Position numbers and translations under genes: made by a program
Notes under the pieces: model-generated
The model's database searches: none
The model's input: the letters and a program-made list of their open reading frames with translations, nothing else
Told to the model about the DNA's origin: nothing
Shown here: positions 40,851 to 54,789 of the stretch, piece by piece
Numbering within the stretch: position 1 is the stretch's first letter
Layout: each line of letters opens with the position of its first letter
Assembly: GCF_006345805.1 (NCBI RefSeq)
Contig: NC_043010.1
Coordinates: forward strand, 55,304,001 to 55,368,000
Length of the DNA stretch: 64,000 nucleotides
Source of the DNA: Octopus sinensis
Lineage: Eukaryota
Direction of reading: 5' to 3'

Positions 40851-42559
40851 CTGATTAATAATTAATTAATTTTACCCTCAATTGTTGAAATTATAATTCA
40901 TCTCTCTTTGCTAATTCTGCGGTTTTCTCTGTTAATACATTGTGTTTGTCAATTTTAACCCACGCTGTGGAAAGGGGAGAGCAGAAATCTTCACTTGCAT
41001 ATTCGAATTTGATAGCACTTTTAGTTCGAGCAGAATTCTAGAGGTGATTAGAAGCCGAAAGGGTATGCTCCCGACTTTCAGTGTTCCCAAATCCGATTCA
41101 AGGAATCTGAGCTGAAGAAAGAAATGTCGAATGACTAATCTAGAAACGTACGTTCTCAAATAACCTTTGCACTTGATTTTTTTTTAATGTTTTTTCCCCC
41201 ATACTTTTGTGAGTTAGTTTAGGCAAACACTATCTGAGAGAGATCTTCTTTAAGTATTAGAAATAGCTGAAGAAATTTCTTTAGCTGCTATTTCTAATGA
41301 GTTCAGTATGTGCAAAGTAATTTATTTTACTAAGCCCTTATATATAATGTATATTTTGAATTCGCCTATAATGGTCCCTTTACATACTGAACACTTGGTG
41401 AAACTGATTAATAATTAATTAATTTTACCCTCAATGTTGAAATTATAATTCATCTCTCTTTGCTAAATTCTGCGGTTTTCACTGTTAATACATGGTGTTT
41501 GTCAATTTTCCCACGCTGGTGGAAGGGGAGAGCAGAAATTCTTCGCTTGCATATTCGAATTTGATAGCACTTTTAGTTCGAGCAGAATTCTAGAGGTGAT
41601 TAGAAGCCGAAAGGGTATGCTCCCGACTTTCAGTGTTCCCAAATCCGATTCAAGGAATTCTGAGCTGAAGAAAGAAATGTCGAATTGACTAATCTAGAAA
41701 CGTACGTTCTCAATAACCTTTGCACTTGATTTTTTAATGTTTTTTTGTTTTTTCCCCCATACTTTTGTGAGTTAGTTAGGCAAACCTATCTGAGAGAGAT
41801 CTTCTTTAAGTATTAGAATAGCTGAAGAAATTTCTTAGCTGCTATTTCTAATGAGTTCAGTATGTGGCAAAGTAATTTATTTTACTAAGCCCTTATATAT
41901 AATGTAATATTTTGAATTCGCCTATAATGGTCCCTTTACATACTGAACACTTGGTGAAACTGATTAATAATTAATTAATTTTACCCTCAATTGTTGAAAT
42001 TATAATTCATCTCTCTTTGCTAAATTCTGCGGTTTTCACTGTTAATACATGGTGTTTGTCAATTTTAACCCACGCTGGTGGAAAGGGGAGCAGAAATTCT
42101 TCGCTTGCATATTCGAATTTTGAGCACTTTTAGTTCGAGCAGAATTCTAGAGGTGATTAGAAGCCGAAAGGGTATGCTCCCGACTTTCAGTGTTCCCAAA
42201 TCCGATTCAAGGAATTCTGAGCTGTAGAAAGAAATGTCGAATTGACTAATCTAGAAACGTACGTTCTCAAATAACCTTTGCACTTGATTTTTTAATGTTT
42301 TTTCCCCCCATACTTTTGTGAGTTAGTTTAGGCAAACACTATCTGAGATAGATCTTCTTTAAGTATTAGAAATAGCTGAAGAAATTTCTTTAGCTGCTAT
42401 TTCTAATGAGTTCAGTATGTGGCAAAGTAATTTATTTTACTAAGCCCTTATATATAATGTAATATTTTGAATTCGCCTATAATGGTCCCTTTACATACTG
42501 AACACTTGGTGAAACTGATTATAATTAATTAATTTTACCCCGCAATTGTTGAAATTATA
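40851..42559. repeat. Tandem array of an about 555-bp unit (3 full copies starting near 40851, 41404 and 41960, plus a partial copy at 42515)
   Basis: CTGATT(A)ATAATTAATTAATTTTACCC recurs at about 555-bp spacing. Both ends abut (TA)n. Confidence 0.95.
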
Positions 42560-43424
42560 TATTATATATATATATATATATATTATATATTATATATATA
42601 TATATACATAACCAGAGTAAGCACATAAATGAGAAACAAGGTGAGAGAAAAAGAACTGTGCTCTAATACTGGAGGTAACGTAATGCTTTATTAATAAAGA
42701 TTCAAAGACATCACAAAAACTCATTTCATGATGTCTTTGCAACGTTATTAATGCAGTACATATACATATATATATATATACAAATATTAGAATGTGTGTG
42801 CGCATGCGCTCTTTTGTCGAACGCTTGCTTTGATGATCATTTATTATTTGAAGGAGAGCGAGATCGAGTGGCTATACAGAGGAATCTCGACTGTTTCCTA
42901 GATATTAAAGAATGCATGATTTGTGGCAGCTATCAATATTCGTTAATACTGCTTGTACATGGAACAGTCATAGCTTTATTAGGCAGTGAAATCGGAGCTC
43001 ATTACTGCAAGACGACGAACTAATTGTATTATATCCATATCGTATCGCAACAGCCACCTATAAACTACCGGCAACGAATTATTAGAGGCTGTAAACACGA
43101 ACTTATAAACGATAAATATCGCGGAACGAGTGGCGTATTTAATTATAGTTAATTTCATTGAAAAGTCTATATTCTGTGTTATTGAACGCATTGTTGATCA
43201 TCACATCGATGATTATGCAATAATCTAGATGAAAAAATAAATCAAACAAAACTCATCGATTTTATGAGCTAGCTCCATAATATGTAGGAGGTCAATGAAA
43301 ATTCTGCATCATAAATGACTTTTTTGTTTGTTATATATATCGATACTTTATATATGTGAAACCCAAATAGATATATATTTAGCCAGTGTAATGCTCCTCT
43401 ATGTGATTTATCTTCATATGTATA

Positions 43425-43680
43425 TCTCTCTCTATATATAAAGCTGAAGTTGTCTGTGTATGGCAGGTTTGGTAGCCTTCAACTAACACTATCTCCTCCG
43501 AGACCCTGCGGCGCAAGTTGACCACAATTTAAAGTATGATAGAAGAAGGCTTGCTCTCCTTCCGTAGAAGAAAAAATTCAAATCGGACCATGTTAACACC
43601 AAAACTTATTTACATCAAAAACGTCCATTTTTTCTATGAAACTCCATATTTTTTACGATTTTTTGACTGCCGTGTCGCCA
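43425..43680 (+). mobile_element. Probable 5' part of a non-autonomous Helitron
   Basis: A|TCTCTCTCTATATATAAAGCTGAAGTTGTCTGTG..TGCGGCGCAAGTTGACC resembles the start of the element at 56293. No 3' hairpin or CTAG is seen. Confidence 0.55.
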
Positions 43681-44108
43681 GATGACAGAATCGTTAGTGA
43701 ACCGAGGAAAATTCTTAGCGGCATTTCACCCGTTTTAGCGTTCCGCCGAGGTCGGCTTTACCTTTCGTCCTTTCGGGGTCGATAAATGAAGTACCACTAA
43801 AACACTGGAATCGACGAAATCGAATAGTGCTCTCCCCCAAACATTGAAGCCTTGTTCTTTTAGTAGAGTGCATTATTTGTTTTGGAATAAGGGGTCAAGC
43901 TAGCAGAATCCCTAACAAGCTGGGCTAAATGCTTAGTGTTATTTTGTCTGCCGTTACGTTTTGAGTTCAAATTCCGCCGTGGCCGACTTTACCTTTTAGC
44001 TTTTCAGGGTTTGATAACATAAGTACCAACTTTGCACTGGGGTCGATGTAATCGACTAATCCTCTCCCCCCAATTTGAGCCCTTGTTCCTATATTACAAA
44101 GGATTATT
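43681..44108 (+). mobile_element. Two adjacent older family B SINEs
   Basis: Each has CCTTT..CCTTTCGGGGTCGATAA..AGTACCA-like cores and a CCCC..GCCTTGTTC..TAGTAGA-type tail. Confidence 0.8.
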
Positions 44109-44959
44109 TGATTAGGATTTCCCTTTTCTGAGTTCAAATGCTCAGATTTATATTTTGCTATTAATCATTTTGGAGTCGATAAATATAAGCACTACTCATG
44201 GGCCTGTGTTCTGGATTCTGGGTTCTGGACTGGTGAAAGAACTATTAGAAAGTCGAGCACCTTGCCTTGCAGAACCTGTCCTGTGTATGTAAGCTTTTAC
44301 AGCCACACTTGTAACGACATATGTGCCACGCTGTATTGTCCCAAATCGACGGCACAGAAATGAGGAAACTTGCATGCATGGGCCATTGTGGCGGTCTTTT
44401 TGAAAATAATTATATAATCTATCGCAGTTTGTTCCAACCTGTATAAATACATACACATCACTGACCAAGAGTTGCACTTCATATAGTCCATATATATTCA
44501 GCGACAACTCTTGAACTCTAATGCTATATACACCTCTATCGTTATATGATCCCACTGAATTCTTACAATTTAGAATAACGTTTGCTGAGGATGCTTAATA
44601 CGTGAAAAACTTGTCTGTTATGTCACTATTTGACTTTTAGAGCAAGACTCATCCTCGTTTGTATTGTCTCTGTTTTCGAGAACTTTTCATTAGCTAATTT
44701 CAGTGTTTTTATTTCCGTTACTTTTTGTGTTTAGATTTTGAAATACACCTAAATTGAAATGTTGCCAATATAGTGAACAGATTAGATCAGTGAATTGAAA
44801 TTATTGAAGTCACCATATTACATTTGTGAAATTCTCACTTGCATGTATTTAAGTGAGATATATCTTTCCAAGAGCTCGGAAATATTTTAAAAGAATCGCA
44901 ATTGAACGCGGTTCTTACCACACCGACAAATACTCAATACATGTACGAAAAGAACAGGG

Positions 44960-45273
44960 TAAAAGGCAACTACCACCCTTGAGTCACAAATGATTTTGGG
45001 ATAGCACCTACAAAGTTCCCCTTTGAGGCAGTAGTCCGCTCAGGATTGTTTAGGGAAGACCAGCAGTCACCCATGCATACCGGCCTTGCCTCTCCATGCC
45101 ACCAAGGGAAAGGCAAAGGCCGGTACAGTTTGGTACCAGAGACATCACAACTCATTTCTACAGCTGAGTGAACTGGAGTAACTAGAAATGAAGCGTCTTG
45201 AGCCTGTCCGGAAATCGCTCTCACTACCTCATGGTTGTGAACACGGTGCTCTAACCACTGAGCTATGCACCTT
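44960..45273 (-). mobile_element. tRNA-headed SINE, family D
   Basis: Minus-strand head GGTGCATAGCTCAGTGGTTAGAGCAC, then a CTCCAGTTCACTCAGCTGTAGAAATGAGT core related to 46815-47060. Confidence 0.75.
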
Positions 45274-45310
45274 CAATTGAACAATAGACATTGAAAAAGA
45301 ACTGCGTATA

Positions 45311-45542
45311 CGGCGGCGAGCTGGCAGAAACGTTAGCGTGCCGGGCAAAATGCTTAGCGGTATTTCGTCTGGCGCAACGTTGTGAGTTCAAATTCCGCTG
45401 AGGTCGACTTTGCCTTTCATCCTTTCGGGGTCGATAAGTTAAGTACCAGTTACGCACTGGGGTCGATGTAATCGACTTAATACCTATGTCTGTCCTTGTT
45501 TGTCCTCTCTATGTTTAGCCCTTTGTGGGTAATAAAGAAATA
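45311..45542 (+). mobile_element. SINE family B, full length
   Basis: GGCGGCGAGCTGGCAGAAACGTTAGC...GAGTTCAAATTCC (B box)...GTAATAAAGAAATA. Confidence 0.92.
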
Positions 45543-45929
45543 TGTATGTGTTTCAACCCTTAGCATATCAAAAGTTCATGAAAATGAAAGAGTAAATTAG
45601 AAGCATAATGAAAACGAGGGTGAGAAAAATGGTAAATGATTAAAAGAAAATTGATTACTAACTTGAGAAATAATAATATTAATAAAATACTTACAAAATA
45701 GAAACAAAATAAGGTTGCAAGTAAAAGAAAGATAAGGCTAAATGATTGGCAGAAATATATCCGTTAAAGCATGTTAAGTTATTCAATCACTGCCGCTTGA
45801 AAAGACATGACTGCCAATCACAGAATAGGTTATCATTCTCGTGGTTGTCAGGAAAAGTTAAGTATCTGTACACAGCACCAAATGTCATTATTCAACATTT
45901 AATCGAATAAGATGAATTTATACAGTATA

Positions 45930-46511
45930 ATCCTTTCTACAAGGCCTGAAAATTGGGGAGAGAGGAATAGTCCATTATATAGACCCTAGTACTTAACTGG
46001 TACTTAATTTATCGACCCCGAAAAATCGACCTCGGCGGAATTTGAACTCAGAACGTGCAGACGGACTAAATGCCGCTAAGCATTTTGCCCGGCGTGCTAA
46101 CGATTCTTATTTCTTTATTGCTTACAAGGGGCTAAACGTAGAAGGGACAAACAAGGATTAAGTCGATTACATCGACCCCAGTGTGCAACTGTTACTTAAT
46201 TTATCGACCCCGAAAGGATAAAAGGCAAAGTCGACCGCGGTGGATTTGAACTCGGAACGTAACGGCAGACGAAATACCTATTTCTTTACTACCCACAAGG
46301 GGCTAAACACAGAGAGGACAAACAAGGACAGACAAACGGATTAAGTCGATTATATCGACCCCTGTGCGTAATTGGTACTTATTTAATCGATTCCGAAAAG
46401 ATGAAAGGCAAAGTCGACATCGGCGGAATTTGAACTCAGAACACAGCGGCAGACGAAATGCCGCTAAGCATTTCGTCCGGCGTGCTAACGTTTCTGCCAG
46501 CTCACCGCCTT
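45930..46511 (-). mobile_element. Family B SINE trimer, head-to-tail
   Basis: Units at 46511-46279, 46278-46108 and 46107-45930. Confidence 0.9.
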
Positions 46512-46814
46512 ATAATTTATTCTGTATAATAAGAGGGACTTATACAGTACAGTAGCTGTTGTTAAAATACATGCAAATCACCTAATGGGTGTACAATTCA
46601 TTCCCTTAGCAAACAATGGACCTACTCAAAATTGAGCCATATTTCATCGTCACATATATGGACGTATATATGTGTGTATATATGCATGCATTTAAGCAAG
46701 ATATATATGTTGATATATGTCACACATATGCATGTTTGTCAAGTTGAATGCCATTGTGTGTCCCCTTGCACTGTATGTTATCACTGATATAACTGTAAGC
46801 ACCTGCACATCGTG

Positions 46815-47060
46815 GAAGTACATGGCCTAGTGGTTAAGGTGTTGGTCTCATGATCGGAAGATTGTGGCTTCGATTCCTGGAACAGGCGACGCGTTGTGTT
46901 CTTGCGAAAAACACTTCGTTTCACGTTGCTCCGGTCCACTCAGCTGGCAAAAATGAGTACCCTACGACAGACCGACGTCCCGTCCAGGAGGAGGATTTAT
47001 ACGCAATGAAAATCGAGAAACTGTCCCTTATGAATCGGTTGACTCGAGATGGTAACTCTA
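46815..47060 (+). mobile_element. tRNA-headed SINE related to family D
   Basis: A box TGGCCTAGTGG, B box GCTTCGATTCC and core TTGCTCCGGTCCACTCAGCTGG..AAATGAGTA. Confidence 0.8.
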
Positions 47061-47419
47061 ACATTTCTTTCATACTTTTACCGGCGCATATTCACATATT
47101 ACGTTTTTTACTTTCCGTAATGTACAACATCCTATCATAGTACCATTACATTTACATCCTATAACAGTACCATTAAGGTTGAAATTTTGAAATTACCTCG
47201 TCCAGTATTTCCAGGGCTACTGCTGACGGCATTTAGCCAAGCATCTAAATGCTCAGCTAGTTCTTGGTATAAATCATATAGTCGTAGCTTAGTAGTAAGC
47301 TCCTTTGATATGCTGAACTGGCGAAACATTTATAGAAATGACTTGATGCTGACGGATTTGAGAATTGCAAATCACCCAGAAAACATAACATCATATAGAT
47401 CTGTGCACATAGATTGTTA

Positions 47420-47723
47420 CCTCTCTCTTTGTTTCTTTCTCTGTTCCATTCTGTGGAAGAGCGTAGGCTCGAAATGTTAAAGACTTTTTTACTTCCCGAG
47501 CATTATACTACACCACCTAACTTCGTCTTTTGCTTTTATATTTAAAGGATGAGGAATTATGTACACTATTTACATTATTTACAATAGACGGGTATTTGTC
47601 GTCATCTTGTTTGTTGTTAACACACCTAATGAAGGCTGAAGGGTATATCAGCAGAAACGTTGTGTTAACAACAAACAAGATGAGGACAAATATCCGTCAA
47701 TTGTAAATAATGTAAATAATGTA
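47420..47723 (+). mobile_element. Penelope-like pseudo-LTR fragments: hammerhead-like motif at 47451-47484, and an inverted repeat enclosing a second hammerhead-like core at 47626-47665
   Basis: CTGTGGAAGAGCGTAGGCTCGAAATGTTAAAG. Arms 47571-47624 and 47661-47714 enclose CTAATGAAGGCTG..CAGCAGAAACGTT. Confidence 0.65.
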
Positions 47724-48761
47724 TAAAATGACACAATGGGCAATCTAGCCCAGTATATGTAAAAACGAAAAAAAATTTTTTAAATATGTTGGTTGGTCAT
47801 TTCTGGAACGGCTTTCGGTTATATATCAGTTCGACGAACTCTAACATCGGTTAGTCTAAAATTTAGACTCGACGCACTCACCACCACCACCACCACCACC
47901 ACCACCACCAATACTAGTAACTATTACCATTATCATCATCATCATCATCATCATCAACAGCAGCAGTAGAACCATCGGATATGGTAGCAGCAGCAGCAGC
48001 AGCAGCAATTGCAGCAACAGCAACAGGAATAACTAGAAGCATTCAATTTAAAAGCAGTGCTGTTAAAATCAATTTGAAACGTCAGTATAGACGGCACAGC
48101 ATATAAGAGTCGGTTCTTTTAAGAGATTTCACTTCACCTAGAATAGAAATGCTCAGCCGAAACGATATTCATAGTCAAGTAGGCATAATAGCTTTATACA
48201 GGAACACATTAACGTGCGTAGATACGTATTATGCAGCATGCAGTATGTGTGTGTGTATGTATATGTGTGTGTGGACATATAGTCATACGTGTGCATATGA
48301 GTATGTAAAAATGTATATATAAACACATAAACATAACAATATATGTAAGCGTGTATATTTATAAACATATATATATATATATAAACGTCAGAATATATAT
48401 GCATTCATGTGTCTCAATATCTGTCTATCTCCCTCTCTCCCTCTCATTCTCCCTCTATGCATGTATGTATGTATATGTATGTATATATATATATATATAT
48501 ATGTATATATTATATATATATATATATATATTTTTATATATATATATATATGCATGTATAAATATACATATACGTATATATGCTTATATATGTGTATATA
48601 GATATGCATATATATATATATATGTACATATATATACATATATATATATAATATATATATATATATCAATATATATATATATATATGTTGTGTGTGTGTG
48701 TGTGTGTGTGTGCGTATGTATGGCTATATCTACGTATATGTCTATATATATATATTTATAT

Positions 48762-48798
<37 letters not shown>

Positions 48799-49491
48799 CC
48801 AATCTATCTATCTACTCATATATATATATGTATACGTGTGTGTGTGTATTTGTGTGTGTGTGTCAGTGCGTGTATGCATCAAAGCATATGCACGCACTCC
48901 GAAACACACTTCACACTTACAAATACACAAACAAACATACACACTCGCATCTTTATTTATTTGAGAAGTCATCGACATTTTAGCGAAGAAACTTAATCTG
49001 CTTTCTTCTGTTGTAATCGATAAAATAAACTAACTTTTAACTATTACTTTTACTATGAAACTACAGAAAGAAAGAAAAGCAACATTAGCAGTAATGGTAA
49101 CGTGTGCAAGTCGAGAAAGAGACAGAGTGATTGGTGGAGAGATATGGCTAGAAAGGGTGAGAGATACAACGAGAGGGTATGAGGGAGAGTGTTGGAATAA
49201 GAGTGAAGTTAGTTCAGTTCTTGTGTCCTTATGTCATTATTTGTAAAGTTAAAGACGTAAACCGTTCCAACGATAACGAATTTTTGAGAACTTTAACTTT
49301 GTAGAACGCTACAGTTACAGTTGAATACGAATGAGAAGAATTGGTGTAATTGAGATATGTACAGCATTGGAGAACTAAATACACACAAGTATTGGCATAT
49401 GCAAACGCGGAGAAATTCATGGACAAAGACGCCATACTCGCACGCGCACACACATATAAGTCCATATGTATATACATACACACACACAATT

Positions 49492-49535
<44 letters not shown>

Positions 49536-49639
49536 GTCTCTATGTTTATACATATATACATATATACATATGTATATAAATATATATTTACACACATACA
49601 CACACTCACATACACGCACGTACACACACATACGCATAT

Positions 49640-51283
<1,644 letters not shown>

Positions 51284-51655
51284 TTTCTTCTTCCAAAATT
51301 GACTTATTTTCTCAGCTTGTGAAGGAAAAGAATATTTAACTTAATAACAACTGCGAAACACTCTCACAGAAACAGGAAAGTATTATATAGCAGCTTATAG
51401 AAAACGATGCTCAATTTCGGCCTTATTAGGCCTCATCCGAATAGTATAATGTACTAATGCTTTTAACAGATAGTGTTCATTTCTCTCCAGTGATGGAAAT
51501 AGTAGATGAACATATTTTACCTAAGTTGTGTGTGTATATATATATTTATATATGTACATACATATATATAAGTATATATTTATGTATGTATATATATATA
51601 TATATATATATGTGATTTTTTTCTCCTTCTTCCCTTCCTTAGATCTTTCCTTTTC

Positions 51656-51695
51656 GATGTTTCTGACGAAGAGCTCCGCTCGAAACGTTAAATCC
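51656..51695 (+). ncRNA. Minimal type I hammerhead ribozyme motif (Penelope-like type)
   Basis: GTTT-CTGACGA-A-GAGC-TCC-GCTC-GAA-ACGT-T-AAAT. The core is intact with one extra A after A9, a 4-bp stem II, a palindromic stem III and a short stem I. Confidence 0.6.
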
Positions 51696-51828
51696 TCCTT
51701 CTTTCTTTCCTTTCCTGGGTGTCCAACAACACTATACTTGTTCCACCTCCTAGTGTTGTGTTTTCTCTTTGTGTTTTCATGTTTGGATCAACTTGATACA
51801 TATATATATATATATATAAAAACAAAAG

Positions 51829-52003
51829 ATAAGCAACAAGAATGGATCGGTAGTTTAGTACAATTGTTTCATACTATAAACATTTTATTAAATTTAACTG
51901 AAGATTACTTGACATTATATTTGGTGTAATATTTGCAGCTTTAATAAAATGTTTATAGTATGAAACAATCGTATTAAAGTACCGATCCATTCTTGTTGCT
52001 TAT
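51829..52003. repeat. Inverted repeat, 64-bp arms, 47-nt spacer
   Basis: 51829-51892 versus the reverse complement of 51940-52003 shows 3 substitutions. Confidence 0.92.
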
Positions 52004-52553
52004 TTTTTGGTTATAATCACCCCACATAATTTTATGGGTAATACCATAAAAAAATTCTGGTGCATCTAAGTTAAGTACCATATTCATTTGAATCTAAATT
52101 GTTTTGCTGAAATTATATATATATATATATATATACATATATGTTTCTGCGAGGCAGGGAGTTACATGAGCTGTGTTATCGGAGTACTGATATTGATGCC
52201 AAATGTTTTGCAGGTAGTGGCAAATCAGTTCATCATTTGGTGCATCTGGGCCACGTCTGTGGCGGCGTTGAGAGCGCAGTTGTCTGCAAAGGGGAAGTCA
52301 TCCGCTTTCACCTTGGTCTTGGCTAGTAGCCTACGCAAATTTGGAGCATTTGCTATCATGAACGCGTGCGTGCACACACACACACATATACACACACACA
52401 TCTACACATAGACACACACACACATGCACACACATGCAGAGAAACACACACAAATATATAAACGGACTGGCTGCTTATTCCACCGAGATTGGTTAAATTT
52501 TATATAGACGCTTTAATTTTATATATTACCCGAAAGTTATTTATACTAATTCA

Positions 52554-52909
52554 GTGTAGGCGCAATGGCCTAGTGGTTAGGGCAGCGGACTCGCGGTCGT
52601 AGGATCGCGGTTTCGATTCCCAGACCGGGCGTTGTGAGTGTTTATTGAGCGAAAGCACCTAAAGCTCCACGAGGCTCCGGCAGGGGATGGTGGTGATCCC
52701 TGCTGTACTCTTTCACCACAACTTTCTCTCACTCTTACTTCCTGTTTCTGTTGTACCTGTATTTCAAAGGGCCGGTCTTGTCACTCTGTTGTGTCACGCT
52801 GAATATCCCCGAGAGCTACGTTAAGGGTACACGTTAATTTCACGAGCAGGCTGTTCCGTTGATCGGATCAACCGGAACCCTCGTCGTCGTAACCGACGGA
52901 GTGCTTCCG
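52554..52909 (+). mobile_element. SINE family A
   Basis: A box TGGCCTAGTGG and B box GGTTTCGATTCC. A 13-bp TSD TTATAC(T/A)AATTCA lies at 52541-52553 and 52910-52922. An internal segment of about 30 nt is deleted between two CACG motifs. Confidence 0.93.
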
Positions 52910-53849
52910 TTATACAAATTCATATCAGAAACGTACCATAATATTTTTTTTTAAATGTAAGCGTTAGGAATTTATAATTCAATGTTATTTATTTTTAAAA
53001 ATGTTAAATTTCTGCTTCGTTTTTAATTCAGACTCCAAGAATATTGATCCATGTTGATCTAATTTAATCCAGTCAGCGAATAATCTTATTCAAATTCTTC
53101 TAGCCTGATGCAGCGTACCGACATTATAATCCGGGTTAATGCAAGGCTGATCAACGCTTTACGTAGTTTGATCCTCGCTAATTCAGACTAATACGAACGG
53201 CAGCACTTTGATTCTTTCCGATCTAAGTTGCCAGCATTTCGAACCAGGCTGCTTACCGTTGATACTTCATGATTTTATTCTGGTTGTAACGTTTTAGCTC
53301 CTGATCAACCTCGATGTAAAAAATCAAATTATCGAAGCCGTTTCACTTATAACCAATCCACCCTTTTTATTTTCATTAAGACGATAGGGTATTATGTGAG
53401 TAAGATGTAGCCGCTATAACTAGTAACATCATCGACAGCATCTGTGGTCCTTCACTGCGTTTTTTAAAAATATTTCTTATGGTTATTGTTTTCAGTGGTT
53501 CCTTGGTGATGTATTTGGCTACGAGTTTCTGAAGACAGTCATATAAGGAAACCAAAATCTAATCAACAAATAAAACATTATCTAATGGAAATATTACCTT
53601 TGATCTTTATTTGAACACGCAAGAAAAGCATTATTTTCGTCTGCTTAATATACCCTTGGGTGTCTTTCTTCGTGATGGACTTATCAAAAACGTATTATCT
53701 ACATATTAGAGTGTATGGTTGCTACATGGACTTGATTCCAGACCCGCTCTGCGTGACAACTTCGGCAGTATATTGTACTATCGTTTCGAGATGGCCAATG
53801 ACTGGAAATCTGATTCCGCAAAACGATATAATGTGCAAAGAACGTCCTG

Positions 53850-53902
<53 letters not shown>

Positions 53903-53999
53903 CTTGCGCGTGTAGATAGATAGATAAATGGATGGATGAATGAATGAATGAATGGATGGATGAATGGCTAGATAGATGGATAGATAGATTGATAGATAC

Positions 54000-54035
<36 letters not shown>

Positions 54036-54128
54036 CAGATAGATAGATAGATAGATAAATAAAAAGATAGATAGATAGATACAGATAGATAGATAGATAG
54101 ATAAATAAAAAGATAGATAGATAGATAC

Positions 54129-54193
<65 letters not shown>
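53850..54193. repeat. (TG)n plus (GATA)n compound microsatellite
   Basis: Read directly from the sequence. Confidence 0.95.
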
Positions 54194-54194
<1 letters not shown>

Positions 54195-54789
54195 GTCTCT
54201 GTGCGTTTTTTTGTCTTTTTTTAATATGTGTCTTTCTGTTTGTGTTTGTCACATCATTTTATAACTGGTGTTGGTTTACTTACGTCCGTGTAAATTAACT
54301 ATTCGGCAAAGGAGAACCTACGGAATAAGACCTAAGTATTACATTTGATTTCTTCGTTTAAACCAGTCAGTGCGGTGCCTAAGCATGGCCACAGTATAAT
54401 GCATGTAAGAATAAATAGAAAATAATTTTGTTATTGTTACAGTTCTTCCGACCACGTGAAAGTCCTCTTGTTCTCCTACATCTTGGGACCCGTATCAATA
54501 TATGTATTGCACTAAGAACGAAAGAGTTAGGACAAATTCTACAAGATATATATTATCTCAGCTTCTAGCGTTTCTCTTAATCTGCTGCGGTATAAAAGGC
54601 AAAGTTTATTCGGATGAGATTTGAACTTGGAACGCTAAGAATCATAACAGGAAACGGGAGGGATTTTATATAATCTTCTAACCGGTACTCTGTCGATTTC
54701 GAAGTCGCGTGCTCCAGCTGACCCGATCGTGGGAGAAGCCTGCAAGTGAAAGTAACGTGAAAGTTGCCGTACACGCCACAGACACGTGG

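Noticed and set aside
40851-42559. CRISPR-like or gene-array interpretation of the tandem repeat
   Set aside because: Whole units repeat without unique spacers or a conserved ORF, and the context is eukaryotic.
48351-48996. 210-aa ORF and the many other YI/CV/TH-rich ORFs
   Set aside because: Dinucleotide repeats lack stop codons, so these ORFs are artefacts.
52554-52630. tRNA gene
   Set aside because: A and B boxes are present, but the sequence continues into a SINE body with a TSD and has no proper acceptor stem.
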